Shown here: piece after piece, positions 36,977 to 47,485 of the stretch | Position numbering within the stretch: position 1 is the first letter of the stretch | Layout: every line of letters begins with the position of its first letter | NCBI GenBank assembly: GCA_021463465.1 | Contig: JAJTYH010000002.1 | Span: 201,799 to 265,798 of the forward strand | Direction of reading: 5' to 3' | DNA from: a bacterium | Lineage (GTDB): Bacteria; Patescibacteriota; Dojkabacteria; SC72 | DNA: 64,000 nt | Notes under the pieces: model-generated | The model's input: only the letters and a program-made list of their open reading frames with translations | What the model was told of the DNA's origin: nothing | Databases searched by the model: none | Program-made: the position numbers and the translations under genes

Positions 36977-37045
36977 CGTCAAAGGAAACCAGCTATAAGA
37001 CTCTGATGACAAAGGTAAACCTTAGACTGTATACTGATTAAACAT

Positions 37046-38314
37046 ATGTTAGCTCTACTTTCAGAGAAAATCGAAGATTTCCGTCTTCAGTACTACACTC
37101 AACTTCGTAACGTGATTTACATCCTAATAACACTCTTTTTTATATCTCTTTTCGATAGCGTGATGACTTTCTTAACCCCTGTTGTAATGACGGATTCTGG
37201 GCTTACTGAATTCCAAATGAGCCTTGTCTACGCCTCCTCATCAGTTTTTGGATTGGTCTTCGACTTTATCTTAGCCAGGTATCTACATACAACCCACTAC
37301 AAGAGACTTCTGACCTATACTCTCCTAATTACCCTTCTCTTTCCCGTTACAATGCTACTCAAACAAACCCTATTTTTTTTCCTAATAGGTATGCTCGTTT
37401 GGGGGTTATACTGCAATCTATGGGGTTTCGCACGCGATGATTTTGTCGCAAGAGAAAGCAAAATGGCTTTCCATGCCGCCAGTATGTCACTACTTTTCAT
37501 TTTTTCAGATGTCGGCAGTATTGTTGGGACACTAATTGCTGAACCTATATCTCTACTTAGTTCAAATAATCAACAACTGTTAACCCTACTGGCCATTCCA
37601 TTCCTAGGATTGATTACATTAAACCTTTCTTCTGTGAAAATACGTAAAGAATCTATGACGAAACCAGAATCCGAGAAGGTAATACATCAAGAAAAACCTA
37701 ATCAAAGAGAATTATGGTACTTGCTGAAAGTCACACAAAAACTTTGGCCCTTAATGCTTTTAGGGATTCTTGCGATAACGGTTGAGGCGATAATATGGAC
37801 TGTCACGCCAATAATAGGCAATATCTCAAGTGAGTTAGAAGGTTTAGGAGGAGTTATTTTAGCTACCAGCCTAACCGCTTCCCTTATCTCTTTTCCCATA
37901 AGTATTACTCTATCTCAGAAATTTGGTAAAAAGCGCACAGCAACTTACGCTCTCGTTGCAGGCTCATTAATGCTTATAGTACAAGGTTTTGTATCTGACC
38001 CTACCACTTATCTACTCATCACATTCATTAACTCAGCAATGTTTTCCGTCCTTTATCCAGCTATTGGGGCCGCATATGCAGACTACCTACGAGAATCAAA
38101 ATCTTTAGACAATAAAATTTTAAGCGTAAAAGACATGGGAACTAACTTCGCATACATAACAGGACCATTAATTGCAGGTATATTACTCACTACCATCGAT
38201 TCTACCAAGCTATTTTCAGTACTTGGCGCGTTTACACTAATAATAGGGCTTTTTGTCTTAGCAGTTATGCCCAAAAAGATTGATTTCCACGATAAGCGCG
38301 TTCTAGCAGATTAA
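37046..38314 (+). CDS. MFS transporter (12 TM)
   Basis: Two 6-TM halves with a central loop; LSQKFGKKR motif. Confidence 0.88.
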   Translation: MLALLSEKIEDFRLQYYTQLRNVIYILITLFFISLFDSVMTFLTPVVMTDSGLTEFQMSLVYASSSVFGLVFDFILARYLHTTHYKRLLTYTLLITLLFPVTMLLKQTLFFFLIGMLVWGLYCNLWGFARDDFVARESKMAFHAASMSLLFIFSDVGSIVGTLIAEPISLLSSNNQQLLTLLAIPFLGLITLNLSSVKIRKESMTKPESEKVIHQEKPNQRELWYLLKVTQKLWPLMLLGILAITVEAIIWTVTPIIGNISSELEGLGGVILATSLTASLISFPISITLSQKFGKKRTATYALVAGSLMLIVQGFVSDPTTYLLITFINSAMFSVLYPAIGAAYADYLRESKSLDNKILSVKDMGTNFAYITGPLIAGILLTTIDSTKLFSVLGAFTLIIGLFVLAVMPKKIDFHDKRVLAD

Positions 38315-38355
38315 TTTTGCAACACGCGAGGTCATCTGATATAATCGAATCCGTT

Positions 38356-38682
38356 ATGAAGAAAGAGATTCATCCAAAATATAGCCACAACGTCAAGGTT
38401 ACCTGCTCATGCGGGAATACTTTCATAACTGGATCTATACTCGAATCAATCAACACGGAACTCTGCTCAAACTGTCACCCTTTCTATACCGGTGAACAGA
38501 AAATCGTTGATACCGATAACTTGGTTTCCAAATTCCAGGCCAGACAAGAGCGATCAGGTGCTATGTCTTTCCGAACTAAGAAAGCCAAAATGGAAGCTAG
38601 AAAGCAGCGATTTGCCAAGGCTGAGAAGTCTTCATCCAAAGGCCTTACTCTTAAAGATATGCTTGCACAAATCAGCAAGTAG
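38356..38682 (+). CDS. rpmE: 50S ribosomal protein L31 (Zn-binding type, C-terminal extension)
   Basis: MKKEIHPKY, CSCGN, CSNCHPFYTG. Confidence 0.96.
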   Translation: MKKEIHPKYSHNVKVTCSCGNTFITGSILESINTELCSNCHPFYTGEQKIVDTDNLVSKFQARQERSGAMSFRTKKAKMEARKQRFAKAEKSSSKGLTLKDMLAQISK

Positions 38683-38717
38683 CTATTTCCCTCTAAATTT
38701 TCTATCCTTTTCCTGTA

Positions 38718-39821
38718 ATGGATACGTTAACAGTAAAGAGTAAGTACAATTTAGATGCTGTAAAGGCTAAAAAGGAAGAGATCGAGTCCGAGATGTCCAC
38801 CGGTCACCTGACAGGGTCCAATATGTCGGCACTTTCAATTGAATTAACTCACTACTCTACTCTCTTTAGCTATATCACCCAGCTGTATAAGCAGTTAGAT
38901 ATCTTAGAACAGGCACAAAGCCTAATCGCTTCCGAAACAGACCAAGAGCTTATTGCACTAGCACAAAAAGATATCGCTAGCTCTACACAAGAGATTGGAA
39001 GAATAGAAGCGCAAATACTAGATATTGAGATTGAGCGACAATTCAAAGATCCAGACGACGAAAAACCAGCAATCATGGAGATCCGGGCTGGCGCAGGAGG
39101 CGAAGAAGCAGCTCTATTTGCTGCAGAACTTTACCGCATGTACACTCTATTTTCCAAAAATAAAGGATGGGCCGTAGAGGTTATTGATATGAGTCTGAGT
39201 GAAAATGGCGGATACAAAGAAATCATCGCTCATATTCAAGGCAAAAATGTATTTAAGTCACTAAAATATGAAAGTGGAGTACACCGAGTTCAAAGAGTCC
39301 CAGTAACTGAATCCTCAGGCAGAATCCACACCTCTACAGCATCTGTGGCCATCCTTCCTGAAGCCAAGGATGTAGATGTTCAGATTAACCCTGAAGACTT
39401 AAGAATTGATGTTATGAGGGCATCAGGCGCTGGAGGTCAAAATGTAAATCGTACAGACTCAGCAGTCAGAATTACCCATCTACCCAGTGGTATCGTAGTA
39501 TCGTGCCAAGAGACCAAACATCAAGACCAAAATAAGGTTAAAGCTATGAACATTCTACGTGCAAGGCTTTATGAAAAGCAGAAAATGGAAGCGGACCAAG
39601 CACGTGCAGATATGAGATCTTCACAAATTGGGTCAGCCAACCGTTCTGAGAAGATTAGAACCTTCAACTTTCCTCAAAATCGAATCACCGATCACCGAGT
39701 TAAGAAATCATGGTTCAATCTCGAAGAAGTCTTAAACGGTAATTTGGATGAAATTCTCAGCACCGTAAAGGATATGATTCAAAAGGGTCAAGTCGCGATT
39801 GGAGATGATTACGATGAATAA
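38718..39821 (+). CDS. prfA: Peptide chain release factor 1
   Basis: [21 protein letters not shown] (PxT), [20 protein letters not shown]. Confidence 0.97.
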   Translation: MDTLTVKSKYNLDAVKAKKEEIESEMSTGHLTGSNMSALSIELTHYSTLFSYITQLYKQLDILEQAQSLIASETDQELIALAQKDIASSTQEIGRIEAQILDIEIERQFKDPDDEKPAIMEIRAGAGGEEAALFAAELYRMYTLFSKNKGWAVEVIDMSLSENGGYKEIIAHIQGKNVFKSLKYESGVHRVQRVPVTESSGRIHTSTASVAILPEAKDVDVQINPEDLRIDVMRASGAGGQNVNRTDSAVRITHLPSGIVVSCQETKHQDQNKVKAMNILRARLYEKQKMEADQARADMRSSQIGSANRSEKIRTFNFPQNRITDHRVKKSWFNLEEVLNGNLDEILSTVKDMIQKGQVAIGDDYDE

Positions 39822-40599
39822 CTCCCAACTCGTCGTATTGGCAGAAATAATCCGCGAACTGGATAGTTTTAACCACCCTGATTCAACACGGATCGGCAAA
39901 GAGATTGCAGAATTCACTTCATATAAAAAATCTAATTACCAGGAAGTCATTTCAAAATTAAAAACAGCGGAGCCATGGGAATACATCTGCGGTCATACTG
40001 AATTCGACGGGAATGTACTGAAAGTAAACTCAAATGTTTTAATCCCTAGGTTGGAAACTTTAGAGTTACTTGATTTAGCCGATAAATACGCAACAGAAGT
40101 GAAAGAGATACTGGACGTAGGTACAGGCTCTGGAGCTATTACTATCTCCATAGCTAAACGTTATCCCTCAATTAAAGTCACAGGTATAGATATATCTGTA
40201 AAAGCAATAGATTTAGCCAAACATAATGCAGTACAAAATCAGGTACAGGCGAAATTTATACAATCCGACCTACTCTCAAAATTCTCCTTCAAACAAACAA
40301 CCCTTGTAATGGCAAACTTACCTTACATTCCAACTAATGAGTACACCAATCTTGATAAAAGTGTAAAAGATTTTGAGCCTAAACTTGCATTACACGGAGG
40401 TAAAGACGGGTTAGATATAATAAAAAGATTAATCAATCAGGTATCAAAACAATCCAAAATCAGAGCGGTGATCCTTGAAATTGATCCTTCACAAAGGGAT
40501 TTACTTCAAACTTACGTAAAAGAAGTCATACCAGAATTCAAACAGGTCTTTCATCAAGATTTCAGAGGATTACTTCGCTTCCTCGAGCTTTACCGTTAA
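39814..40599 (+). CDS. prmC: Release factor glutamine methyltransferase PrmC/HemK
   Basis: [46 protein letters not shown]; follows prfA. Confidence 0.93.
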   Translation: MNNSQLVVLAEIIRELDSFNHPDSTRIGKEIAEFTSYKKSNYQEVISKLKTAEPWEYICGHTEFDGNVLKVNSNVLIPRLETLELLDLADKYATEVKEILDVGTGSGAITISIAKRYPSIKVTGIDISVKAIDLAKHNAVQNQVQAKFIQSDLLSKFSFKQTTLVMANLPYIPTNEYTNLDKSVKDFEPKLALHGGKDGLDIIKRLINQVSKQSKIRAVILEIDPSQRDLLQTYVKEVIPEFKQVFHQDFRGLLRFLELYR

Positions 40600-41709
40600 T
40601 TCCAAAGTCTTTCCTAATCTCCACACCTCTACTTTAACCTCTTCACCTACTTTATGTTCTTGAATAAGGGTTGAAAGTGAACCCTCGACCTTCTTACCAC
40701 CGAAAGTAGTTATAATATCATCTTTCTTGATTCCAGCTCGGCTGGCTGGGCTATTAGCTACAACACGCATGATAAGGGCACCAGCCTGGATATTATCGTA
40801 ATAATCAGCCTCATACTGGCTAATCATCTGATATTCAACCCCCATATAAGGATGAATAAATTTGCCGTACTTACGGTATTCATCCAATCTCTGAGTCACC
40901 CTGTTCACAGGAAGAGCAAAAGATATGTTATCTGCACCTGAAGTAGTTGCAAAATTTACTCCAATCACCTGACCACTTGAGTTTAGTAATGGTCCACCAG
41001 AATTTCCTGGATTAATAGCGGCATCGGTCTGAATTACATCCTCATATACCTTAGATGTCTGACTCCAGAAGCTACCAGAGCTGGTTGTAACGGATCTATT
41101 AAGTCCGCTTACAACTCCTGTAGTAACACTTCCTGCGTACTCACCTAAAGGTGTCCCAATAGCAATAACTAGTTGCCCTACTTTCAACTTTGAAGCATCT
41201 CCTAATTCGATTGTAGGTAAGTTATCGGCCTTGATTTTGAGCAGTGCCAAATCGCTGGAATTATCGATTATTATATCTTCAACGTCGTAAGCTTCTCCCG
41301 CAGCAGTTAGAACTCTGTATTTCTGATTGGCTAGAGAAACCACATGCTGATTAGTAATTATCAATCCGGCTTTATCAACTATAAAACCTGTACCGATCTT
41401 ATCATCACGGCTAACAATTCGATTACCACTTGCTTCTTCTTTGGTAAGAGCAATTGATACAACGGCGTCTTTTGATTTTTCAACCACTTCAATCACCGCA
41501 CTCTCTTCGCTGGTAACTTTGACCTGTTCATCAAGTACCGCCACTGGACTCATAAGTCTCTCTCTAAGACTTTGCACCCACTCTTTGCCTTTTGGAACAC
41601 CAAACCATACAGCAATTAATGCAAATATCAGTAGTAATAAAACTCCTAACCATTTAAGAACTGGTCCAAGGATACTCGGGTTCTTTTCTATTTTTGTTTC
41701 ATTTTCCAT
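40570..41709 (-). CDS. HtrA/DegP-like serine protease with one PDZ domain
   Basis: N-terminal TM, ITNQHVV, DLALLKI, TDAAINPGNSGGPL, PDZ. Confidence 0.95.
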   Translation of the reverse strand: MENETKIEKNPSILGPVLKWLGVLLLLIFALIAVWFGVPKGKEWVQSLRERLMSPVAVLDEQVKVTSEESAVIEVVEKSKDAVVSIALTKEEASGNRIVSRDDKIGTGFIVDKAGLIITNQHVVSLANQKYRVLTAAGEAYDVEDIIIDNSSDLALLKIKADNLPTIELGDASKLKVGQLVIAIGTPLGEYAGSVTTGVVSGLNRSVTTSSGSFWSQTSKVYEDVIQTDAAINPGNSGGPLLNSSGQVIGVNFATTSGADNISFALPVNRVTQRLDEYRKYGKFIHPYMGVEYQMISQYEADYYDNIQAGALIMRVVANSPASRAGIKKDDIITTFGGKKVEGSLSTLIQEHKVGEEVKVEVWRLGKTLELTVKLEEAK

Positions 41710-41726
41710 TCTTATACTTGATTAAG

Positions 41727-42968
41727 TTAAATTCGATCCTTTAAAAGTCCAAAAGCTTTGTTGAGCTGGACATCATTACCTTTTTTAAACTCCTCTTCAG
41801 GATACTCCTGTACGATATCAGGCTTAATCGGGTTATCTCTATTTAACCACTGCCCATCAGGAAGAAGCCATTTCAAAATAGTTAGATGAAGACTTGATCC
41901 ATCTGGATATGTCATCACGGTCTGTGCAGTACCCTTTCCATAAGTGTTAACGCCAACTACCTGCGCTCGTTTGTTTTGCTGTAAAGCTCCTGCTAGGATT
42001 TCTGATGCCGAAGCACTTCCTTCGTCAACTAAAATAACCAATGGAATATCTTTCAACTTACCCTCTCGAGTAACTCGAAAAACTTCTTCTTTACCATCTT
42101 TGTCTGATTGCTTAGAAAGAACTGTACCTTTAGGCAGAAATTCATTACCGGCATAAATAGCGCTATCAAAATACCCACCTGGATTACCTCTCAAATCAAG
42201 GATTAATCCTTTGGCTTTGGAGGCTACAACCTCTTTTACAACCCTATCCCAATTGTTCTCCCATACTTTGACGCTTTCATCTGTGAACCTGGACACCCTA
42301 AGTATTTTTACCTCAGAATTCTCGCTATGATTAACCAGTTCCATACTTGGGACATCAATCTCTCCACGAGTAATAGTAATATCCACTGGTTTTATCTCGC
42401 TTTTATGTAGGACTGTCAGGTTCACATCAGTACCTGCCTTACCACGGATTCTACCTACAACATCAAATATTGTGTCAGTGCTAGAAATTTCCTTACCATC
42501 GACTTTCAAAATCACATCTCCAGGTTTTAAACCAGCCTTACTCGCTGGTGAACCTTTAAGAGGGGAAACTATTACTATTCTTCCAGCTTCATAACTAAGC
42601 TCTGCACCTATACCCTCAAACGCCTTCCCTTCAATACTCTTGTTAAACTCACTTGTTTCTTCAGGGTCCAAATATGTAGTAGCAGGATCTCCTAACGACT
42701 GAACCAAACCTTTAATTGCACCATAATACAGTTCTTTTTCGTTAACTTTTGATCCATCTACATATTCTAATTGTAAAGTGTCCCATACATCCCAAAACAG
42801 TTCTAAATTTGTTCGTGTAGAGTTACCTCCAAAGAAGCTAGCAATCGACGGTGCCTGGCTCATTCGGCCCAACATAAATCCAATAGCGAAGAAGCACACT
42901 ACGGATATTAAAACACCTATAAGGGGCGATTTCATAATCTTTTCTGGAGTTTTTGATGATGATTTCAT
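41727..42968 (-). CDS. S41A C-terminal processing peptidase (CtpA-like)
   Basis: LGDPATTY, PDZ GIGAEL, LDLRGNPGG, SASASEI, TYGKG. Confidence 0.95.
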   Translation of the reverse strand: MKSSSKTPEKIMKSPLIGVLISVVCFFAIGFMLGRMSQAPSIASFFGGNSTRTNLELFWDVWDTLQLEYVDGSKVNEKELYYGAIKGLVQSLGDPATTYLDPEETSEFNKSIEGKAFEGIGAELSYEAGRIVIVSPLKGSPASKAGLKPGDVILKVDGKEISSTDTIFDVVGRIRGKAGTDVNLTVLHKSEIKPVDITITRGEIDVPSMELVNHSENSEVKILRVSRFTDESVKVWENNWDRVVKEVVASKAKGLILDLRGNPGGYFDSAIYAGNEFLPKGTVLSKQSDKDGKEEVFRVTREGKLKDIPLVILVDEGSASASEILAGALQQNKRAQVVGVNTYGKGTAQTVMTYPDGSSLHLTILKWLLPDGQWLNRDNPIKPDIVQEYPEEEFKKGNDVQLNKAFGLLKDRI

Positions 42969-43025
42969 GTCACTAAATTACAGATTAACTATAAAGTATA
43001 CACTCACACTGCCTTTTTCCCAAAA

Positions 43026-44042
43026 TCAACTGATTATTTCCAAACATTCATTCGCTAAGAGCTTTCGTTGTCCGTTAGAAAGTAGAACAGTGTAATATCC
43101 AGGCTCATTAGAGGTATCTACTACTTTCCCTATACCAGCATAACCCTCCACATCTATTACCCTTACAAGGTCATTTACTTTTAACTCATGCGTAATATGC
43201 TCAAAATCATCTTTAATCAGGTACTGCCCTACATCACTCCAGAAAAGTTTTCCCTCGCTAATATGAACCAAAGTTCCATTCATAGACGAAATCGCATGTG
43301 AAATAGCAAAATCATATGCAATCTGGCCAAAACCCCCAAGTACTACTAGCTTTCCATTGTAGAGTTCATAGTCAACATAATCAGTGGCCCATACAATTAC
43401 AGCAAGAGCATCTTTTTCCAAGATTTCAGACACAAGCTTCGAATAGACGAAGCGTCCTGCAAAAACAATTTTTCCGCTGTAATCTTCTTTAAGGTCTCGG
43501 GATGTATAAACAGAATCACCTTTATCAATAACTACAAATTCTCCGCTGGCATATGTTTGTTCAGATAAATGGCCAAATGCAATGTCAACATAAAAGGCTT
43601 CCGATTCAATAGTGATTCCCCTGTTTAAATCAATATCAACAACCTCTCCTCTTATTTGCGCGTATACTTCCTCATCTGAATGCTCGGCTAATAGATCGAT
43701 ATAACCCTGGTCAATTCTTTCAAAACTAACTATCCCATCTCCTGTTGCATAAATCTTTTTCACTACTAAGCCAGCTTTGGTTATTCTTTCTGCTAAAACT
43801 TCTCCTTTGACTACAAATTCCCCATTAAGTCGGACTACAAATTCTCGAGCATTCTTTCCTTCAACTCCTAACTCCTTCATGACACTGTAAGATTGAAGGA
43901 TTTTCTTATAGCTTTTCTCAAATAACAGGTCGTTTCTTCTGACCTTATCTCCTTTGCTTACCTTCACCTTACACTTTCCTTCAAAAGGCAAAAGAAATTG
44001 ATGCCCGGATACACGTTGTATGAAAGGTTTAATTATTTTCAT
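43026..44042 (-). CDS. Hypothetical protein with barrel-sandwich-hybrid-like repeats and a KOW-like C-terminus
   Basis: VKVSKGDKV, GEFVVKGEVLAE..ATGDGIV, LGGFG, LKVNDLVRVI; overlaps the GlmL-like gene. Confidence 0.55.
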   Translation of the reverse strand: MKIIKPFIQRVSGHQFLLPFEGKCKVKVSKGDKVRRNDLLFEKSYKKILQSYSVMKELGVEGKNAREFVVRLNGEFVVKGEVLAERITKAGLVVKKIYATGDGIVSFERIDQGYIDLLAEHSDEEVYAQIRGEVVDIDLNRGITIESEAFYVDIAFGHLSEQTYASGEFVVIDKGDSVYTSRDLKEDYSGKIVFAGRFVYSKLVSEILEKDALAVIVWATDYVDYELYNGKLVVLGGFGQIAYDFAISHAISSMNGTLVHISEGKLFWSDVGQYLIKDDFEHITHELKVNDLVRVIDVEGYAGIGKVVDTSNEPGYYTVLLSNGQRKLLANECLEIIS

Positions 44043-45384
44043 TTATCCAACTATTCATTTTAAACCTATTACTTCTAACATCAGGCCCATAAACCACAGG
44101 CTTATGTCGTCCATCAATAACAAACGAAGAATAACTTATATTTTTTGGATCTGAGTACACCTCAAATGCTTGATATTGGTTACCCCAAAAAGCTTTCTGG
44201 ACAAAGTTACCAGTAATAAAAGCCTTGCTATTCTCGAGTTGCACTGTAGTCATTTCAGGTGCCAAAGCATATACTTCTTTTTCTCCCAGCTCAGCTGATT
44301 CCAATTTCCCAGAGAAAATTACTTTTCTAGCTTGTGAAGCTTGGGTATCTGCAACCACAACTTTCACCATATCCTGAAATAAATCATGGACAGCAAAAAC
44401 GAAATTCTCGCTCTTTCCGCCCGTGACAAGCGTCTTACCAAAAGTCATTGTCTTGCCGTACTCGTCAAAAAGAAAATCTATCTCCCCACGCATCTCAAAA
44501 CCATCTAAGAGGGCTATAAGAAGTTTTTTTTGCTTCAAAGTTCGGGTTAAAGCACCTGTAATAATAACCAAGGTCGATTTACCTTTCAAACCTATCTCTT
44601 CAAATTTACTTCCATTGTCATTGAGAATTGAAAGCATTTGGACAGTAACATAACTTCGAATCAGGTCTTCAAGTACAACTGAGGTTGTGCGGGTAGTCGG
44701 ATTTATTACAAAATTAGCCCAAATATTATTAATTTTGCTCACCTCCGTCTCTATAGAAAGAAAAGCTTTAAGTTTCGAGTTATGAATATTTGCAACCAAA
44801 TTCGCTCTGTTATCCCAGTGAATATCTGCACTATACAAATCACCTCCAGAGCGTATATCACGATTCAATAATTGCTTGACACCAGCACTAGTATACCGAG
44901 TAACTGAAAAATCATACGGATCTAAATTTATTTGCAAAATGTCGTCATATTCAACTTTACGTGATAATCCGGCAAGCAGATTTCGAATATATTCACCGGT
45001 TACAACTACAACATTGATATTAAAAGAGACCTCACGAATATTGCCTAAAAGCTCTTCTTTGTTAATCTTTGAATCTAAGATATGAAAAACAATATTTGAA
45101 ACTCCTATCCCCTCTCCAATCACAGGTAAAATCTCCTTCTCTCTAAAGAACTGCCAATTAAATTTCTTAGACAAAGATTGAAAATACGCTTTCCAAAATT
45201 CAGTACTCAAAATCTTTTCTTCCGCTCCAAACAGATATGTAATATCCGAAAGAATATAATTTCTCCCCGAATCATAATCTGCGTAAGCTAAATTGGCATA
45301 AATACCCTGGTTATTAAGGTGAATTGCGAGATACGCGTTTTTGTCGAAATTTGGCAGTTTCAAAAAAGTGCTTACAAAAATCAA
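44029..45384 (-). CDS. Divergent GlmL/MutL (glutamate mutase reactivase, ASKHA-fold)-like protein
   Basis: IITGAL...LLDG and C-terminal FVIDGRHKP resemble the GlmL xxIDxRGRP signature. Confidence 0.5.
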   Translation of the reverse strand: MIFVSTFLKLPNFDKNAYLAIHLNNQGIYANLAYADYDSGRNYILSDITYLFGAEEKILSTEFWKAYFQSLSKKFNWQFFREKEILPVIGEGIGVSNIVFHILDSKINKEELLGNIREVSFNINVVVVTGEYIRNLLAGLSRKVEYDDILQINLDPYDFSVTRYTSAGVKQLLNRDIRSGGDLYSADIHWDNRANLVANIHNSKLKAFLSIETEVSKINNIWANFVINPTTRTTSVVLEDLIRSYVTVQMLSILNDNGSKFEEIGLKGKSTLVIITGALTRTLKQKKLLIALLDGFEMRGEIDFLFDEYGKTMTFGKTLVTGGKSENFVFAVHDLFQDMVKVVVADTQASQARKVIFSGKLESAELGEKEVYALAPEMTTVQLENSKAFITGNFVQKAFWGNQYQAFEVYSDPKNISYSSFVIDGRHKPVVYGPDVRSNRFKMNSWINENN

Positions 45385-45439
45385 GCTCTCAACAATTTAA
45401 CGCAAAATAAAGAGATTTTCAAACTTTCAACACTACCAG

Positions 45440-45766
45440 TTATTCGGAAGCAACGTAAGGAAGAAGGCCCATAATCCTAGCTCGCTTAATAGCAGTAGTT
45501 AATTGTCTTTGGTGCTTAGCACAAACTCCAGACTTTTCTGTAGAGATAATCTTTCCCCTGACCGAGGTAAACTTCTTTAATTGATACACATCTTTATAAG
45601 TAACTTCACCAACACCTGACTCGCAAAGAGGACATTTCAGATTCAAGATAATTTTTCGTTTTCTTCTCTTTTTATCTTTTCTTCCACCTCTTTCGTCGTC
45701 ATTCCCAGTGATGGTTTTCTCGTCAAATACACCTTCCATTTCTGAGTTCTTTTCAATCTCTACCAT
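45440..45766 (-). CDS. rpsR: 30S ribosomal protein S18 (N-terminal extension)
   Basis: CPLC..YKDVYQLKKF..RGKI..GVCAKHQRQLTTAIKRARIMGLLPY. Confidence 0.97.
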   Translation of the reverse strand: MVEIEKNSEMEGVFDEKTITGNDDERGGRKDKKRRKRKIILNLKCPLCESGVGEVTYKDVYQLKKFTSVRGKIISTEKSGVCAKHQRQLTTAIKRARIMGLLPYVASE

Positions 45767-45786
45767 ATATTTAAACTAATAATTAA

Positions 45787-46293
45787 TTAAAAGGGTAAGT
45801 CCTCTGCCCATGGATCCGAAACTTCCTCTTTGACATCTTCTTTAGATGTTTTTTTAGAAGATTTCTTCTTATTAGGAGCATCTTCGTCCATATTCATTCC
45901 GTCATTAACATGAGCATCAGATTGAACATTCTCATCCATACCTGCACCTTGTCGACCCTTGCTATCAAGCAAAATCATATCATCGACACGAACCTCTGTT
46001 CTGTATCTCATTACCCCGCTCTCATCCTGCCATGATCTTGTTGTAAGGGAGCCCTGAATATAAACTTTCATTCCCTTTGCTAGTAATTGCTGGCAAATCT
46101 CAGCGAGTTTCCCCCAAGCAACTACGTTATGAAATTCGGTTAATTCTTTCTGCTCCCCAGACTCGTCTTTCCATGACTTATTAGTAGCCAAACCAAATGT
46201 AACCACAGGTGCGCCACTAGTGGTATATCTCATCTCCGGATCTCTAGTTAGATTCCCAATCAATTGAACTAAATTGAGTGATCTTGCTGACAT
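45787..46293 (-). CDS. ssb: Single-stranded DNA-binding protein
   Basis: NLVQLIGNLTRDPEMRYT, acidic tail ending DLPF. Confidence 0.98.
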   Translation of the reverse strand: MSARSLNLVQLIGNLTRDPEMRYTTSGAPVVTFGLATNKSWKDESGEQKELTEFHNVVAWGKLAEICQQLLAKGMKVYIQGSLTTRSWQDESGVMRYRTEVRVDDMILLDSKGRQGAGMDENVQSDAHVNDGMNMDEDAPNKKKSSKKTSKEDVKEEVSDPWAEDLPF

Positions 46294-46357
46294 TACTCTT
46301 AAAATACTTAAATTAATCTAACCCTATTCTAATACAGGAATATTAAACATTCCTTAA

Positions 46358-46699
46358 CTAAACCTCAACATCAATTTCCTTCTTTTTAATACTTTTACCA
46401 ATCAATTCTGGGTGCTCAACTTCAACGATTACGTATCTAAGAAATTCTTGTTTGAGTTCAAACTGCCTCTTTATTTCAGTAACCTGATCTGAAGGAAGTT
46501 TGAAATTATAAACAATATAATAAGCTTCGTTATGACCCCGAATGTTGTATGCTAAATATCTTTTCCCCCATACATCTACATCCACAACTTCACCACCCAA
46601 TCCTGATACCATATCAACGATTTCCTTATGTAAAGCCTTGCGCACATCATCTGGCAACAACGGCTTAAGGGCAATCATCATTTCGTAATTATTCAACAT
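46358..46699 (-). CDS. rpsF: 30S ribosomal protein S6
   Basis: YEMM, WGKRYLAYNI, LRY; rpsF-ssb-rpsR order. Confidence 0.96.
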   Translation of the reverse strand: MLNNYEMMIALKPLLPDDVRKALHKEIVDMVSGLGGEVVDVDVWGKRYLAYNIRGHNEAYYIVYNFKLPSDQVTEIKRQFELKQEFLRYVIVEVEHPELIGKSIKKKEIDVEV

Positions 46700-46789
46700 G
46701 TTCCTTTTAATTCAATTTGATATTAAAGCCAACAAATCTTTTAAGGCAGGCAATTGTAACAAAAAACTGCCGTGCTGACAAATAACTGA

Positions 46790-47485
46790 CTACAAAAGCT
46801 CCATATAATCCTCTACCACATATTTTTCGCTTTCAACATACCTGTCATTCATACCTTTAGTAAGGACGCACACATAATCAATACCAGAGTTTTTGGCTGA
46901 CAGAACACCATTCTTGGAATCTTCAAAAATAACCGCTTCCTCTGGCTTCCCTTGAGCAAGCCTCAAACCTGTGTAAAAACATTCTGGATCTGGCTTGGTC
47001 CTTTTCATATCTTCAATAGTCACAAGATGATCAAAAAATCCAAGCATACCAACCTTTTCTAATATGAACTGGGCAAATACTCGAGCACTGGAAGTACACA
47101 GTACAATCATTTTACCTTTCTTTTTGCTGACTTTCAGAAACTCCACGGCACCATCTTTCACAGCCACAACCTTCTCGAAATCGTTCTTAAGAGCGTGCCA
47201 CTTCAACTTTCTGTAACTTCTCCTCCAACTCATAAACACAGAATCTAAAAAAGACGGCTCAATTCCTTTTGCTTCAAAGTATCTCTCAAAACCGCCTTTC
47301 GAACCACTTCCTGAAAAATATTCCAAGTACTCTTCATATGTTAATTCTTTTTCCCAAAATTCTCTTACTGTATTTCTAAAAGATGTGTAATTGAGCTGCT
47401 CTAAGTCAACTAGGGTACCATCCAAATCAAACAGTAAAACCCTTTTACTTTCTATTAAAGCTTTAACCTTCACCCTAGTTAGCAT
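46790..47485 (-). CDS. HAD-family phosphatase (beta-PGM/CbbY-like)
   Basis: FDLDGTLVD, CTSS, KPDPE, FEDSKNG. Confidence 0.92.
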   Translation of the reverse strand: MLTRVKVKALIESKRVLLFDLDGTLVDLEQLNYTSFRNTVREFWEKELTYEEYLEYFSGSGSKGGFERYFEAKGIEPSFLDSVFMSWRRSYRKLKWHALKNDFEKVVAVKDGAVEFLKVSKKKGKMIVLCTSSARVFAQFILEKVGMLGFFDHLVTIEDMKRTKPDPECFYTGLRLAQGKPEEAVIFEDSKNGVLSAKNSGIDYVCVLTKGMNDRYVESEKYVVEDYMELL

